Assembly: GCA_045106415.1 (NCBI GenBank) | Contig: JBGCEP010000045.1 | Coordinates: forward strand, 1 to 64,000 | DNA: 64,000 bases | From: Oligoflexales bacterium | Lineage (GTDB): Bacteria; Bdellovibrionota_B; Oligoflexia; Oligoflexales; Bog-1112 | Direction of reading: 5' to 3' | Made by a program: the position numbers and the translations under genes | Notes under the pieces: generated by a model | The model's database searches: none | What the model saw: only the letters and a program-made list of their open reading frames with translations | What the model was told of the DNA's origin: nothing | Shown here: piece by piece, positions 1-9,087 of the stretch | How positions within the stretch are numbered: position 1 is the stretch's first letter | Layout: each line of letters starts with the position of its first letter

Positions 1-112
1 CTGTGTTTATGGCGGTGAGGAAATACCCGTTCCCATCCCGAACACGGAAGTCAAGCTCACCAGCGGCGATGGTACTGCAGAATTATCTGTGGGAGAGTAG
101 CACGACGCAGCC
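1..112 (+). rRNA. rrf: 5S ribosomal RNA (5' end probably clipped by a few nt)
   Basis: Canonical 5S motifs CCCGTTCCCATCCCGAACACGGAAGTCAAGC, GCGATGGTACTGC and GGGAGAGTAG; ends pair (CTGTGT / ACGCAG). Confidence 0.97.
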
Positions 113-123
113 TTACAATATTT

Positions 124-160
124 AAAAGCCCTTTCTGATTCTTCAGGAAGGGCTTTTTTT
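124..160. terminator. Intrinsic terminator after 5S rRNA, probably bidirectional (overlaps stop of convergent M23 gene)
   Basis: AAAAGCCCTTTCTGA-ttct-TCAGGAAGGGCTTTTTTT hairpin with U tract. Confidence 0.85.
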
Positions 161-1258
161 ATTTTTAACCCAGTATTCAACAGGGTTGTGTTTAACTTGA
201 TTGTTTTCATCCCCATCCGGAATGATTTTAATCATGATTTTTTTAAGAGTCCATTGAATTTGCTTGATGAACATCAAAACGATCATAACAAAAATAAAGC
301 AGCATAAACTTAAAGCTATAATGGCTTTGATACGAGTGATAAGTTTTGAGATATCACGTTGAGAGTATTGTGTGCTTAGTGGAACAAAAGAAATATTTTT
401 CTCTTTAAGAGTTGCTGCATATGTCGGTTGAGGTTTGAGCGCGTTTTCGGCAACAAGGAACATTCGAGGATCTATGAACTGTCCTTTATACACAGTTTCA
501 TAGTGGAGGTGGTCACCTGTAGATTGCCCAGAGTGACCAACAAGACCGATTTTAGATCGAGCTTTGACTCTTTGTCCTCTTTTGACAAGAATTTTACTAA
601 GGTGAGCGTAACGAGTTCGGAGCTCATGAGGGTGTTCAATAACAATCATGTTGCCATAACCACCACGTTTTCCTGTGAAAACAACAGTTCCTTCTGCTGT
701 TGCGACAACTTCAGTACCAATTCTGGCTCTAATGTCGATACCCTTGTGAAGTTTTCTTTTTCCTGTCATAGGAGATTTCCGGTATCCGAATTCACTTGTA
801 ACATGCCCTTGTGTTGGAGATAAAATAGGGACTTCTTCTGCTGCCCGACCTTTTGTGGCAAGGAGTTTGTTGATTTTTTCAAGGCGGCTAAGAACACTTG
901 TTAAGCTTTGTTGAGCAGCGTCAAGCTGCACGCTTGGTGAGTCCTGTGTGTGTGGTTCATACATTGTGTTGTGAGTTGTGTCAGTTTGAGGTTTTAACAA
1001 TTCTTTGAAATTGAGTTTTCTTTTTCTGAATGCCCAAGCCATTAATCGGTGGGTTCGACCCTCTAAATATCTCAATTGACCAATTGTTGCATCTTGCGTA
1101 GCTAGTATTTTCTGTGTTTTTTGGAGAAGATGGTCATACTTTTGTTGAACCTTTTGGCTTTGAAGTCTTACAAAGTGCCAGTCGTAGAGAAAGGCTGCGC
1201 TTGTGACAACAGTGGTTGTTGTGACGAGTGTGATAAAAATTTTTTTCAGAACTCTCAT
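143..1258 (-). CDS. M23 family metallopeptidase (peptidoglycan DD-endopeptidase-like) with N- and C-terminal hydrophobic segments
   Basis: HKGID and HLHY zinc motifs, GGYGN, TRYAHL; coiled-coil linker. Start placed at ATG 1258 (ORF track begins 1276). Confidence 0.9.
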   Translation of the reverse strand: MRVLKKIFITLVTTTTVVTSAAFLYDWHFVRLQSQKVQQKYDHLLQKTQKILATQDATIGQLRYLEGRTHRLMAWAFRKRKLNFKELLKPQTDTTHNTMYEPHTQDSPSVQLDAAQQSLTSVLSRLEKINKLLATKGRAAEEVPILSPTQGHVTSEFGYRKSPMTGKRKLHKGIDIRARIGTEVVATAEGTVVFTGKRGGYGNMIVIEHPHELRTRYAHLSKILVKRGQRVKARSKIGLVGHSGQSTGDHLHYETVYKGQFIDPRMFLVAENALKPQPTYAATLKEKNISFVPLSTQYSQRDISKLITRIKAIIALSLCCFIFVMIVLMFIKQIQWTLKKIMIKIIPDGDENNQVKHNPVEYWVKNKKSPS

Positions 1259-1298
1259 CCTTGAGGGACGCTCCAAAGTGATCTTTATTGTAATAGTC

Positions 1299-1325
1299 TC
1301 ATCGGAGGTTGAGATGAAAGCTTGA
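1299..1325 (-). promoter_or_regulatory. Putative sigma28 (FliA) promoter for the M23 gene
   Basis: Minus strand TCAA-N15-TCCGATGA versus consensus TAAA-N15-GCCGATAA, ~40 nt upstream of the start. Confidence 0.55.
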
Positions 1326-1345
1326 AATATTGAGCGCTACGATAT

Positions 1346-1360
1346 AGATAATCAATATCA
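1346..1360. promoter_or_regulatory. Putative Fur box
   Basis: AGATAAT-C-AATATCA matches the 7-1-7 TGATAATnATTATCA at 12/14 positions, just upstream of an iron permease. Confidence 0.65.
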
Positions 1361-1382
1361 CCTGCCTGATGTGGGGGCATTT

Positions 1383-3350
1383 ATGCATAAATATATCTTC
1401 CTGGTTTTTCTATATATTTTAAATACTTTTTCTTGGAATTACGTCCATGCTACGGATCTGGAATCTTCTGAGCTTCGTCAACGTAGACTGATGAGCCTTG
1501 TCGATTATATCCGAGGTGACTACTCTCAGGCAGTGCAAGGCGGGGCTGTGAAGAATGAGATGGAGTTTGCTGAAATGAAGGAGTTTGCTTCGACGCTTAT
1601 TGAGTTAGGTCAGAGTGAACTTGCAACACATAAAGAACTCCTTGAGAAATTTCAGAGTTTAAAAGAGGGGATTGAATCAAAATCTTCAACGTCTTTTATT
1701 CAAGCTTTGACTGAGCAGATTAGAGGAGAGCTTCTTTTTGTTTTAGATTTAGCGCGAGCTCCAACCCACAAACTCAATCTTGTAAGAGGGGAGCAGCTTT
1801 ATTCACAACTGTGTGCGAGTTGCCATGGAGATACGGGGCATGGAGATGGGCCTGCTTCTCCAGGTTTAGAGCCACCTCCTCGTAATTTTCATAATACTGA
1901 AGCTATGGAAACAGCATCTCCATTGAAGTTTTTTAATATTCAGACGACAGGCCTTGAAGGAACAAGCATGGTTTCTTATAAGGACGTCTTGAGTGCTGAG
2001 CAGCGTTGGGATATTGCTTTTTATTTATTGGGATTAAGGCATCAAAAAATTGAAGGTCACACTGTTTTTACTGAGGAACAATGGAAAGTACTAAGGAAAG
2101 CAGGGTTAGACTTAGAATTTTTAGCAAGTCAGACGGATCTTGACCTCACAAAGTGGTTGGAACAAAAAGTAGAGCTTACAGGTGGTGTTCAGCTTTCTCA
2201 TTTGCGTGTGCAGGAATTTATTGGAGCGCAAGGTCGAGAAAAGATGAGTTTAAACCTACAGAAGTTACTTCTCACTCTTGAAAAAGCAACGAATCTTGCA
2301 CATAAAAAAGAATACGCAGCTGTGAAATCTTTGCTGACCGATGGGTATCTTAGTTTTTTTGAACCTTTAGAAGCTTTTCTACGAGTTGAAGACCCGCAAA
2401 AAACTCAAGGCATTGAACAGGCTTTTATGAGCGCGAGAGCGTTTGCTGCTAGAAAGTCGTCAGACGTTTTTATACCTTTGAAAACAGCTGAGATTTTTAT
2501 TAAAGACCTGCAGGTTGATGTTGATACAGCTGTTTTATCAAGGCCTAAACAAGAGTTTGCCTCAGGTTTTTTAATTATTTTAAGAGAGGGATTTGAAGCT
2601 TTTTTAGTCGTGGCATCATTGCTTGCTATGGCAAAAAATTTAAGCTCTGCAAGAGCTCGTTGGATGGTTCATGGAGGTTGGATTCTTGCTGTTTTGAGTG
2701 GTGGAGTTGTGTGGTATGGGATGGAATTTGTTTGGTCTGTAAGTGGAGGCCAAAGAGAGTTGATGGAAGCTCTCTTTACAGCTCTTGCTGTGTGTATGTT
2801 GCTGTACACTGGTTTTTGGCTTCTGAGTCAAAGCGACCATAAAAATTGGGGCCAGTATGTAAAGTCAGAATCAAGGCAAGCTTTACAAAGTGGGAAATAT
2901 TGGGGAATTGGTTTTCTTTCCTTTGTGGCTGTGTTTCGTGAGGCAGCGGAAACAATTTTATTCTACCAAGCACTTTCACATAAGGCAGCAACTCCATTTT
3001 GGATGATGTCTGGTTTTTTTGTTGGTGTGACATGTCTTGGCCTTATCAGTTGGTTGATTTTGCGTTTAAATATGAAATTGCCTTTGCATATCTTTTTTAG
3101 AGTGACTTCGGCTCTTATGGTTGTTTTAGCTGTGGTCTTAGCTGGTCAAAGTGCTTATGAATTTATGGCTGCTGGATATTTAACTCCAACGCCTTTGCCT
3201 ATGGTGCCAACAATGACTGCTCTTGGTGTTTATCCAAGTCTGGAAACTTTAGGCGTCCAGGTGTTTCTGCTCTGCCTAGGGGGAGGGGGTACCTTTTGGA
3301 TCTTGAGGCAAAAGAAATTTAAATCAGAACCTAAAATAGTCTCTTTGTGA
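1383..3350 (+). CDS. Cytochrome c / FTR1-family iron permease fusion (PbrT/EfeU-like)
   Basis: CASCH heme motif; two RExxE motifs (LREGFE, FREAAE) in a multi-TM C-terminal domain; signal peptide. Confidence 0.92.
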   Translation: MHKYIFLVFLYILNTFSWNYVHATDLESSELRQRRLMSLVDYIRGDYSQAVQGGAVKNEMEFAEMKEFASTLIELGQSELATHKELLEKFQSLKEGIESKSSTSFIQALTEQIRGELLFVLDLARAPTHKLNLVRGEQLYSQLCASCHGDTGHGDGPASPGLEPPPRNFHNTEAMETASPLKFFNIQTTGLEGTSMVSYKDVLSAEQRWDIAFYLLGLRHQKIEGHTVFTEEQWKVLRKAGLDLEFLASQTDLDLTKWLEQKVELTGGVQLSHLRVQEFIGAQGREKMSLNLQKLLLTLEKATNLAHKKEYAAVKSLLTDGYLSFFEPLEAFLRVEDPQKTQGIEQAFMSARAFAARKSSDVFIPLKTAEIFIKDLQVDVDTAVLSRPKQEFASGFLIILREGFEAFLVVASLLAMAKNLSSARARWMVHGGWILAVLSGGVVWYGMEFVWSVSGGQRELMEALFTALAVCMLLYTGFWLLSQSDHKNWGQYVKSESRQALQSGKYWGIGFLSFVAVFREAAETILFYQALSHKAATPFWMMSGFFVGVTCLGLISWLILRLNMKLPLHIFFRVTSALMVVLAVVLAGQSAYEFMAAGYLTPTPLPMVPTMTALGVYPSLETLGVQVFLLCLGGGGTFWILRQKKFKSEPKIVSL

Positions 3351-3405
3351 AGCTTTAATGAATTGATTTTTTTTGGTTAATTTTTTTTACAAGAAAAAGT
3401 TTTAT

Positions 3406-3445
3406 AAAGACTCCTTAATAACCGAAATATTATTAAGGAGTCTTT
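3406..3445. promoter_or_regulatory. Perfect 16-bp inverted repeat covering the Shine-Dalgarno of the 3447 gene
   Basis: AAAGACTCCTTAATAA-ccgaaata-TTATTAAGGAGTCTTT; AAGGAG lies in the 3' arm, ATG at 3447. Confidence 0.6.
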
Positions 3446-3446
3446 T

Positions 3447-4325
3447 ATGCTACAAAGTATCACGGTCACGTTGCTTTTAACCTGTATGCTGCTTAGTGCT
3501 TATGGGTGTGACAACAAACCTCAGGAAAATCAAGCTGCTGAAGCTCCAGAAGAATTAAGGCATACCTCGGAAAAAGAACCTTATCCCCAGCAAGCGGATG
3601 CAGTTTCTGAAAAGCAAACTGAGGGTTTAGAGGTTGGTGCAGCAGGTCAAAAAGAAATTTTAGATGTTGGTAAAGATGAAGAACAAGTGGAGGTGACACC
3701 TTCTCATTATCCATGTGAAGTCTCTGTGGGGTTGCCTACTGAGTTATCAAAGATGGAAGATGTGGTTGAGTTCATAAATCTTCTTCCAAAACCTCTTTCG
3801 CTACCATGCTTGATTCAGCATTTACCTCGTCCTTTACCTCTTTATGCTACGCTGAGTACCTTAAGCGTGCAGCCGGCTTTTGATGATCAAACTCCTCGTA
3901 TTTTTCTTTTATACGGTGATCTTATTTTGTCATTTGTAGCGCTTGGTGAAGAGAGTGATTTTTTAGAAATGAGCCATATTTTAAATACAGTAAGTTCTGT
4001 AAAAGGGGAGATTCAGTTTCCTGTGATGCAAAAACTTGAACCTGCGGATCCATATAAAAAAATCGCTTCCAAGGATGTTGAAGGAAGCCGTTGCCAAGGG
4101 TGTCATACGGATGAAAAAGCAGCACCACCCCCTTTTCCTATGGGAAGCTTGCAATCGAGTGCAATTCGTCCTATGCCTCAGATGGAGATGTCTTTACAGT
4201 TCTTAGAGTATTATGCTGATCAATGTGAAGATTTAAGTTTGATTCGTTGTCAAATGCTCAAAAGCCTTTTTGATGGTGAGGTAGAATCTCACGATTTTCC
4301 CAAATCTATGAAAACGTTTTTTTGA
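3447..4325 (+). CDS. Putative lipoprotein with one c-type heme motif
   Basis: Lipobox-like AYGC, acidic linker, CQGCH motif. Confidence 0.7.
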   Translation: MLQSITVTLLLTCMLLSAYGCDNKPQENQAAEAPEELRHTSEKEPYPQQADAVSEKQTEGLEVGAAGQKEILDVGKDEEQVEVTPSHYPCEVSVGLPTELSKMEDVVEFINLLPKPLSLPCLIQHLPRPLPLYATLSTLSVQPAFDDQTPRIFLLYGDLILSFVALGEESDFLEMSHILNTVSSVKGEIQFPVMQKLEPADPYKKIASKDVEGSRCQGCHTDEKAAPPPFPMGSLQSSAIRPMPQMEMSLQFLEYYADQCEDLSLIRCQMLKSLFDGEVESHDFPKSMKTFF

Positions 4326-4389
4326 CGATGTGTTAAGTAGTGAGATTGTTGTTGTGCTCTATTTGAAGGTTTTTCTGAGGTAGAGTCTT

Positions 4390-5073
4390 CTATAAAATGT
4401 GATGTACTAAACCAAAGCTATAACGTATTTCTTTTTTTGAAATATGTGTGTCACTTAAAATTTGATCAGTTTGTCCAGAGGGTGCTTGATACCAAGTCCA
4501 TAATTGTGACACTTCAACGTGAACACCTTGGTTGAGATTAAAAAAATAATCAAAAGAATTTGCCCAGCTGACTGTGTCGAGAGAAAATTCGATTTTCGCA
4601 TCGCGAATTTTTACTTCGTTGGAGCGTTCTGCTAGCCTTCTATCTCTTTCTTGCATATTCACTCGCGTCAAAGAGTAATCGACTTGGCTTTGAATGCGCC
4701 ATTGAGGATTGAGTGTTAAGGAAATTCCAGCTGTGGCTCCAGGGAGATGAAAAGAAAGAGGGATTGTAAGGTAGGGGTGAAGAATGCGTTCTTGATGGTA
4801 ACCAAGGCTGGATCCAAGAAAATAACTGAGCTTTTGAGCAATAGGGAGATGAAATTGAAAGCCACCCATGACAGCAATGCCTTGTGAGGGAAAGCTACCA
4901 TATAAAGAACCGATATGCCCTCTCCAAACTCCTTGTGTAGATGCAAGTTGGATCGAAAAATGATGGTATTTACGGACGTTACGGATATAACGAGGCCATT
5001 GATGTGTGGGGATGTCGATTGAAAATGCAGGCGAACTGAAAAGAATGAGGGAGTAAGCAATGAGTCTAAGCAT
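4390..5073 (-). CDS. Exported protein, probable small outer-membrane beta-barrel
   Basis: Signal peptide ending AFS; alternating amphipathic strands; C-terminal YSFGLVHHIL. Confidence 0.55.
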   Translation of the reverse strand: MLRLIAYSLILFSSPAFSIDIPTHQWPRYIRNVRKYHHFSIQLASTQGVWRGHIGSLYGSFPSQGIAVMGGFQFHLPIAQKLSYFLGSSLGYHQERILHPYLTIPLSFHLPGATAGISLTLNPQWRIQSQVDYSLTRVNMQERDRRLAERSNEVKIRDAKIEFSLDTVSWANSFDYFFNLNQGVHVEVSQLWTWYQAPSGQTDQILSDTHISKKEIRYSFGLVHHIL

Positions 5074-5142
5074 GAAAACCTCGGTCTGGAAAATATGAAT
5101 GATGATACGTTACCAGAGCGAGGCCTCAATGCCGACTCTTTG

Positions 5143-5733
5143 TTATGAGAGCGAGCTTACTTCTTTTTCGAGAGATATTTCTTGGATGTCTTGTTTGAGC
5201 TTATTCATACGCTCTGGGTCTTGACTGTCGTAATATCCTCGAATCTTTTGCTCATGGTCAATAAGTACAAAAAGCGTGGAGTGAAGATTTGGATCTTTAT
5301 CTGCAGGGACACGAAAGACTTGGCGAGCGATAGAAATGATGTCTTCAATAGGGCCATAAACAAGGGACCAATTTGTGTCCCCTCCAAAGCGTGATGCGTA
5401 CTCTTGCAGTGCTGTCTCATCATCTTGTTCCGGATTCATGGTCATAGAAACAAGGTGAAAAGGAGACGTGCTCTCAAGTTCTTGGTGGAGGCTTGTGATT
5501 TTTTTTGTCATAAGAGGGCAAGGACCCTGACATGTCGTAAACATAAAGTGTGTGACCCACAGTTGGCCTTTAAGTTCCTTGCTATCGAAGGCTTCGCCAA
5601 GGTGATTGGTCAGTGAGAAACTCGCAATAGGCTCTATCTTAGTGGCCTGTTTACCTTGGTGTGAGTTTTGAAAAAAAAGAAAACCTGCAATAAAAACACT
5701 GATGGTCGTTGCGACTGATAAAACTCGAAGCAT
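5143..5733 (-). CDS. SCO family copper chaperone
   Basis: FTTCQGPCP (CxxxCP), conserved His (LHS), N-terminal TM; GGAGA RBS before ATG 5733. Confidence 0.92.
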   Translation of the reverse strand: MLRVLSVATTISVFIAGFLFFQNSHQGKQATKIEPIASFSLTNHLGEAFDSKELKGQLWVTHFMFTTCQGPCPLMTKKITSLHQELESTSPFHLVSMTMNPEQDDETALQEYASRFGGDTNWSLVYGPIEDIISIARQVFRVPADKDPNLHSTLFVLIDHEQKIRGYYDSQDPERMNKLKQDIQEISLEKEVSSLS

Positions 5734-5916
5734 ATCTTCTCCATAGAAATGTGCTGTGTCATATTTGATATGACTGATCAGGTCTACCATAACGAAAAAA
5801 AACAAAAGACAACACAATGTTTTTTTTAGGTAGGTGACCAGAATATATTCACAAAGTTTGGAATTTATGATGACTCTAACATACAATACCTGCATGTTTC
5901 TTATACGGAGTTTTCA

Positions 5917-6513
5917 ATGAAAATTATGTTATGCCTTTTAAGCCTGTTATCTCAAGGTCTCTACGCACAAATATCTTTTCATAAGAAATCAACAGTTGTG
6001 GCTGCAACAGAGCTAGCAAGTGCCATTGATATTGTGAGCGAACCAGAGGATGGTTTGGTTCATCTTTTTGAATTGTTTGTAGATGAAAACTATCATGTTG
6101 AAGGTTTTATACGAACGAGTTCTGAATCCCGACAAGAAGTCGCTTTGGAGGATCTTAATGATAGAGATGTTATTCTTGCTGATGTTGAAGGAAAAGCAGC
6201 ACTTAAGCTCCGTTGTGAAAGCTGTACGCCGGAACAAGGAGGGGTTGCTGTTTTAACATATCTTTATAATGGCCTTGTTATGAGCTATCGAGAGTTCTCG
6301 ATTGAACTGACTCGTGTTAATGACAGAAAGTGGCTATTGAAAGATGAAGATGGAAAAGTGATAGAAAGCCTTTACTTGGTGTCGAGGAAGTTTATGGGGC
6401 ATTTGATTGGAATTAAAGAAGTTCTTGTAAATCAAACACCAGAAGACCTTGAGTTTGAAGAAATATCTGTGAAATCTTTATTTGAGAAAAATGTGAAGTC
6501 TGAAAAACTCTAG
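5917..6513 (+). CDS. Hypothetical exported protein
   Basis: GGAG RBS, signal peptide (LYA), 198 aa ORF. Confidence 0.7.
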   Translation: MKIMLCLLSLLSQGLYAQISFHKKSTVVAATELASAIDIVSEPEDGLVHLFELFVDENYHVEGFIRTSSESRQEVALEDLNDRDVILADVEGKAALKLRCESCTPEQGGVAVLTYLYNGLVMSYREFSIELTRVNDRKWLLKDEDGKVIESLYLVSRKFMGHLIGIKEVLVNQTPEDLEFEEISVKSLFEKNVKSEKL

Positions 6514-6527
6514 AGATAAGACACGAT

Positions 6528-6559
6528 CAGTTCATGGTCTGGTTTAACGTCATGAACTG
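6528..6559 (+). terminator. Possible stem-loop after the 5917 gene
   Basis: CAGTTCATG...CATGAACTG 9-bp inverted repeat with a long loop. Confidence 0.35.
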
Positions 6560-6711
6560 TTCAAAAAAAGAGAGCGATTTTAATAGTAAGAATTTTATTT
6601 TTATAGAGTGATGTTGCTTACAGAGATATTCAAAAGATACAAAACATACCTAGCATAGAAGTGTTTTCTTTGTTATGGGTGATGGAGATCATTTTGAAAA
6701 TGAGGTGAGCG

Positions 6712-9087
6712 ATGAATCGTTTTTATGACTGCGTCATCCTTCTTGGTTTATGGAGTGCTGCAAGTCAAATTTCTGCACAACACTCGCAAGCGCTAGACTG
6801 GAAGAACTCTTTAAAAACATCTCTTCTTGGGCACAGTGAACAAAAATATTCTGTCCAACTTGATACAGAGCCAAGCTCACAGACTCAAGAAATGTTTGAT
6901 GCTTGGGCCTCTCTTTATCTTTTAGAGCCTATGGTGTGGGACGGGACGAGTGTCTCTGTTTCTTCAACTCAAAAAGGTGCTCAGTTTATAAAAAAAGTTC
7001 TTCCTTACTTTGCTGTGCTCGATAGAGTGGAAAATTGGGCCAAAGACTGGAAACTTTATCCAGAAGGAGACCCTCGGCGCGAAGCTGTGGATTATGAACG
7101 GATGGCGCAACGGTTGAATGTTTCTGTGCGTGCCTTGGAGAGTATAGCGTCAAAAATCCCCTTGAATGCTTGGATTCCTCTTGGAGCATGGCATAACATC
7201 CCATGGTATCACTCATTAAAAAAAGAAGAACTCCTATCATTGACGCGTGATTATGTCATGGGTTTGTCTCAAAAAAGGATCATGTCTCATGAAGAAATTC
7301 AAATATTTTTAAATCAATGGATTTTAGCTTCAGGGATTGACAGGGACTTTGAATTTCATCTCCACCCTTGGCCAGAAGTGGCTATTGATGAATTCATCCG
7401 TCATCCGTTAAGTGGAGGGAATGACGTGAATCGTATCCATATGGGGATTGAATATACGACACAATATCCTTTTCAGGACCAACCTCATTTTGAGAACAAA
7501 ACTTGGACTGCTCACGGAGCTCATTATGATAGTGAAAGTCGTTCGTACGTAATTGGGCAATTGGCAAATCAGTTGGCGAAAGAATTCGGTCCTAGAGGAA
7601 GTGTTGCAAAGGTTGAGACGTCTGGGCATGGTCATGGGCTTGGAGTTGTTTATCAGGTGAAAGAATCTGAAAATAAAGTGTGGCGGGTTGAGTGGGATGG
7701 TATTCTACGAAGTTATGACCCAGAAAGCCTTATTCGAGGCTCCGAACGAAAAGGCCATATCGAAGTTGTGACCCCCAAAATGGTGGTGACAGCTGATGTA
7801 CTTAAAAAGGTTTTTAAAACGTTTTCCAAAATGGATAGTCATCCACGCAGAGAAAATGGTGGTGGGCATGTCAATGTAGATTTAGCGCCATTTGAAGGGC
7901 GGCCTGATGCCATGGTGAGATGGTTGCAAGTTTTTCATAAATGGAGAGGGACTCTCTCGTTATTGTTCCAACACCCTGTGAGAATCCCTGCTGCTCAACC
8001 TGTGAGCTTATTTAAAGAGGATCGATTTGTTCAAAAAATGTCTGCTTGGAACGGTAGTGAGCTCTCTTTAAAGAGAACTTTATATCAACATCGATACTTT
8101 AACCGTAGGATGAATCGCAAACCGCGCTATGTTCAAATGGATTTGTCCTACTATTTCCAAGATATTATTAAGGGAAAATTCTATAAACCAGATTTTGATG
8201 TCAAAAGTCCGAGTGAGGTTTGGAGGGCGCAGTTTCGCTTAGAGCCTGATGTGCGGAAAATGGAGCTGCGAATGATGGATGCTCCAAGACACGAGTTTGA
8301 AAGTGCACTACAAATTCGTGTTGTAAGAGCGATGCTTGATTACGCATTAAATCAAAGAAGTGAGCTAAGCGGGGGGCACCATATGCAGAAAGTTGACTAT
8401 GTGGGAGCTCTTGAAGATGTTCAGCACGAATTGAATCAATTACGTCAAATGGCTCATGAACTTCATCTGCCGTATGATCTTTTGGAGTGGAAGATGTACG
8501 ACTCTCTATTTACTGTTAATCAAGAAACGCCACAGAAGCTGAATTATAAGAAAAAATTGAAACGCCTTTATCCTCTAACAGAAAATAAAATTTGGGGAGA
8601 GGCCCATAAGACGAATATTTCAAGAGAAAGTTTATGGCAAAGGCTTGAAAGCCAATTTATAAAGAGCAAGAAAGATAAGAGAGCAAATCAAAAACAAAAA
8701 CAAAGAGCGTCTTTAGCGCAGCAAGCAAGTGAGCACAGGAGTTTAGTTCGACATCAATCGGAAGTTTTATTTTTAAAGCTCGGTTATGTAACTCCACTAC
8801 ATCAACTCATGCAGCGTTGGGCGTGCTGGCCAGGAGCCTGGAGCACTCCTGTTGTGAGAAGTGCTGTGCGGCTACTCTCTAAGTTTGAATCTGCATTTCT
8901 AGCACGAGGCCTTCGAGGATGGTTTGTTGAAGCACTCAATGATGTTGTTCAGGTTAAATCACAAGGGTTGAAGGCTCGTTCTGAAATTAAGTATTTAAGA
9001 AGCCTTGTGGAAAGCATGGAAGAAGGGTGGATTGATGCGCAAGATCCAGTTTATCAGAGCTTTAAATACGAATGTGCAAACTCTTAA
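6712..9087 (+). CDS. Large exported protein with a putative amidoligase (GS/GCS-fold COOH-NH2 ligase) domain
   Basis: Ordered motifs MGIEY, IEVVTP, GGHVNVD, MELRM; N-terminal signal peptide; GAGGTG RBS. Confidence 0.6.
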   Translation: MNRFYDCVILLGLWSAASQISAQHSQALDWKNSLKTSLLGHSEQKYSVQLDTEPSSQTQEMFDAWASLYLLEPMVWDGTSVSVSSTQKGAQFIKKVLPYFAVLDRVENWAKDWKLYPEGDPRREAVDYERMAQRLNVSVRALESIASKIPLNAWIPLGAWHNIPWYHSLKKEELLSLTRDYVMGLSQKRIMSHEEIQIFLNQWILASGIDRDFEFHLHPWPEVAIDEFIRHPLSGGNDVNRIHMGIEYTTQYPFQDQPHFENKTWTAHGAHYDSESRSYVIGQLANQLAKEFGPRGSVAKVETSGHGHGLGVVYQVKESENKVWRVEWDGILRSYDPESLIRGSERKGHIEVVTPKMVVTADVLKKVFKTFSKMDSHPRRENGGGHVNVDLAPFEGRPDAMVRWLQVFHKWRGTLSLLFQHPVRIPAAQPVSLFKEDRFVQKMSAWNGSELSLKRTLYQHRYFNRRMNRKPRYVQMDLSYYFQDIIKGKFYKPDFDVKSPSEVWRAQFRLEPDVRKMELRMMDAPRHEFESALQIRVVRAMLDYALNQRSELSGGHHMQKVDYVGALEDVQHELNQLRQMAHELHLPYDLLEWKMYDSLFTVNQETPQKLNYKKKLKRLYPLTENKIWGEAHKTNISRESLWQRLESQFIKSKKDKRANQKQKQRASLAQQASEHRSLVRHQSEVLFLKLGYVTPLHQLMQRWACWPGAWSTPVVRSAVRLLSKFESAFLARGLRGWFVEALNDVVQVKSQGLKARSEIKYLRSLVESMEEGWIDAQDPVYQSFKYECANS

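Noticed and set aside
7..216. 69-aa minus-strand ORF
   Set aside because: Antisense shadow of the 5S rRNA and its terminator.
3405..3428. Sigma28 promoter TAAA...ACCGAAAT upstream of 3447
   Set aside because: Spacer is 12 nt rather than ~15.
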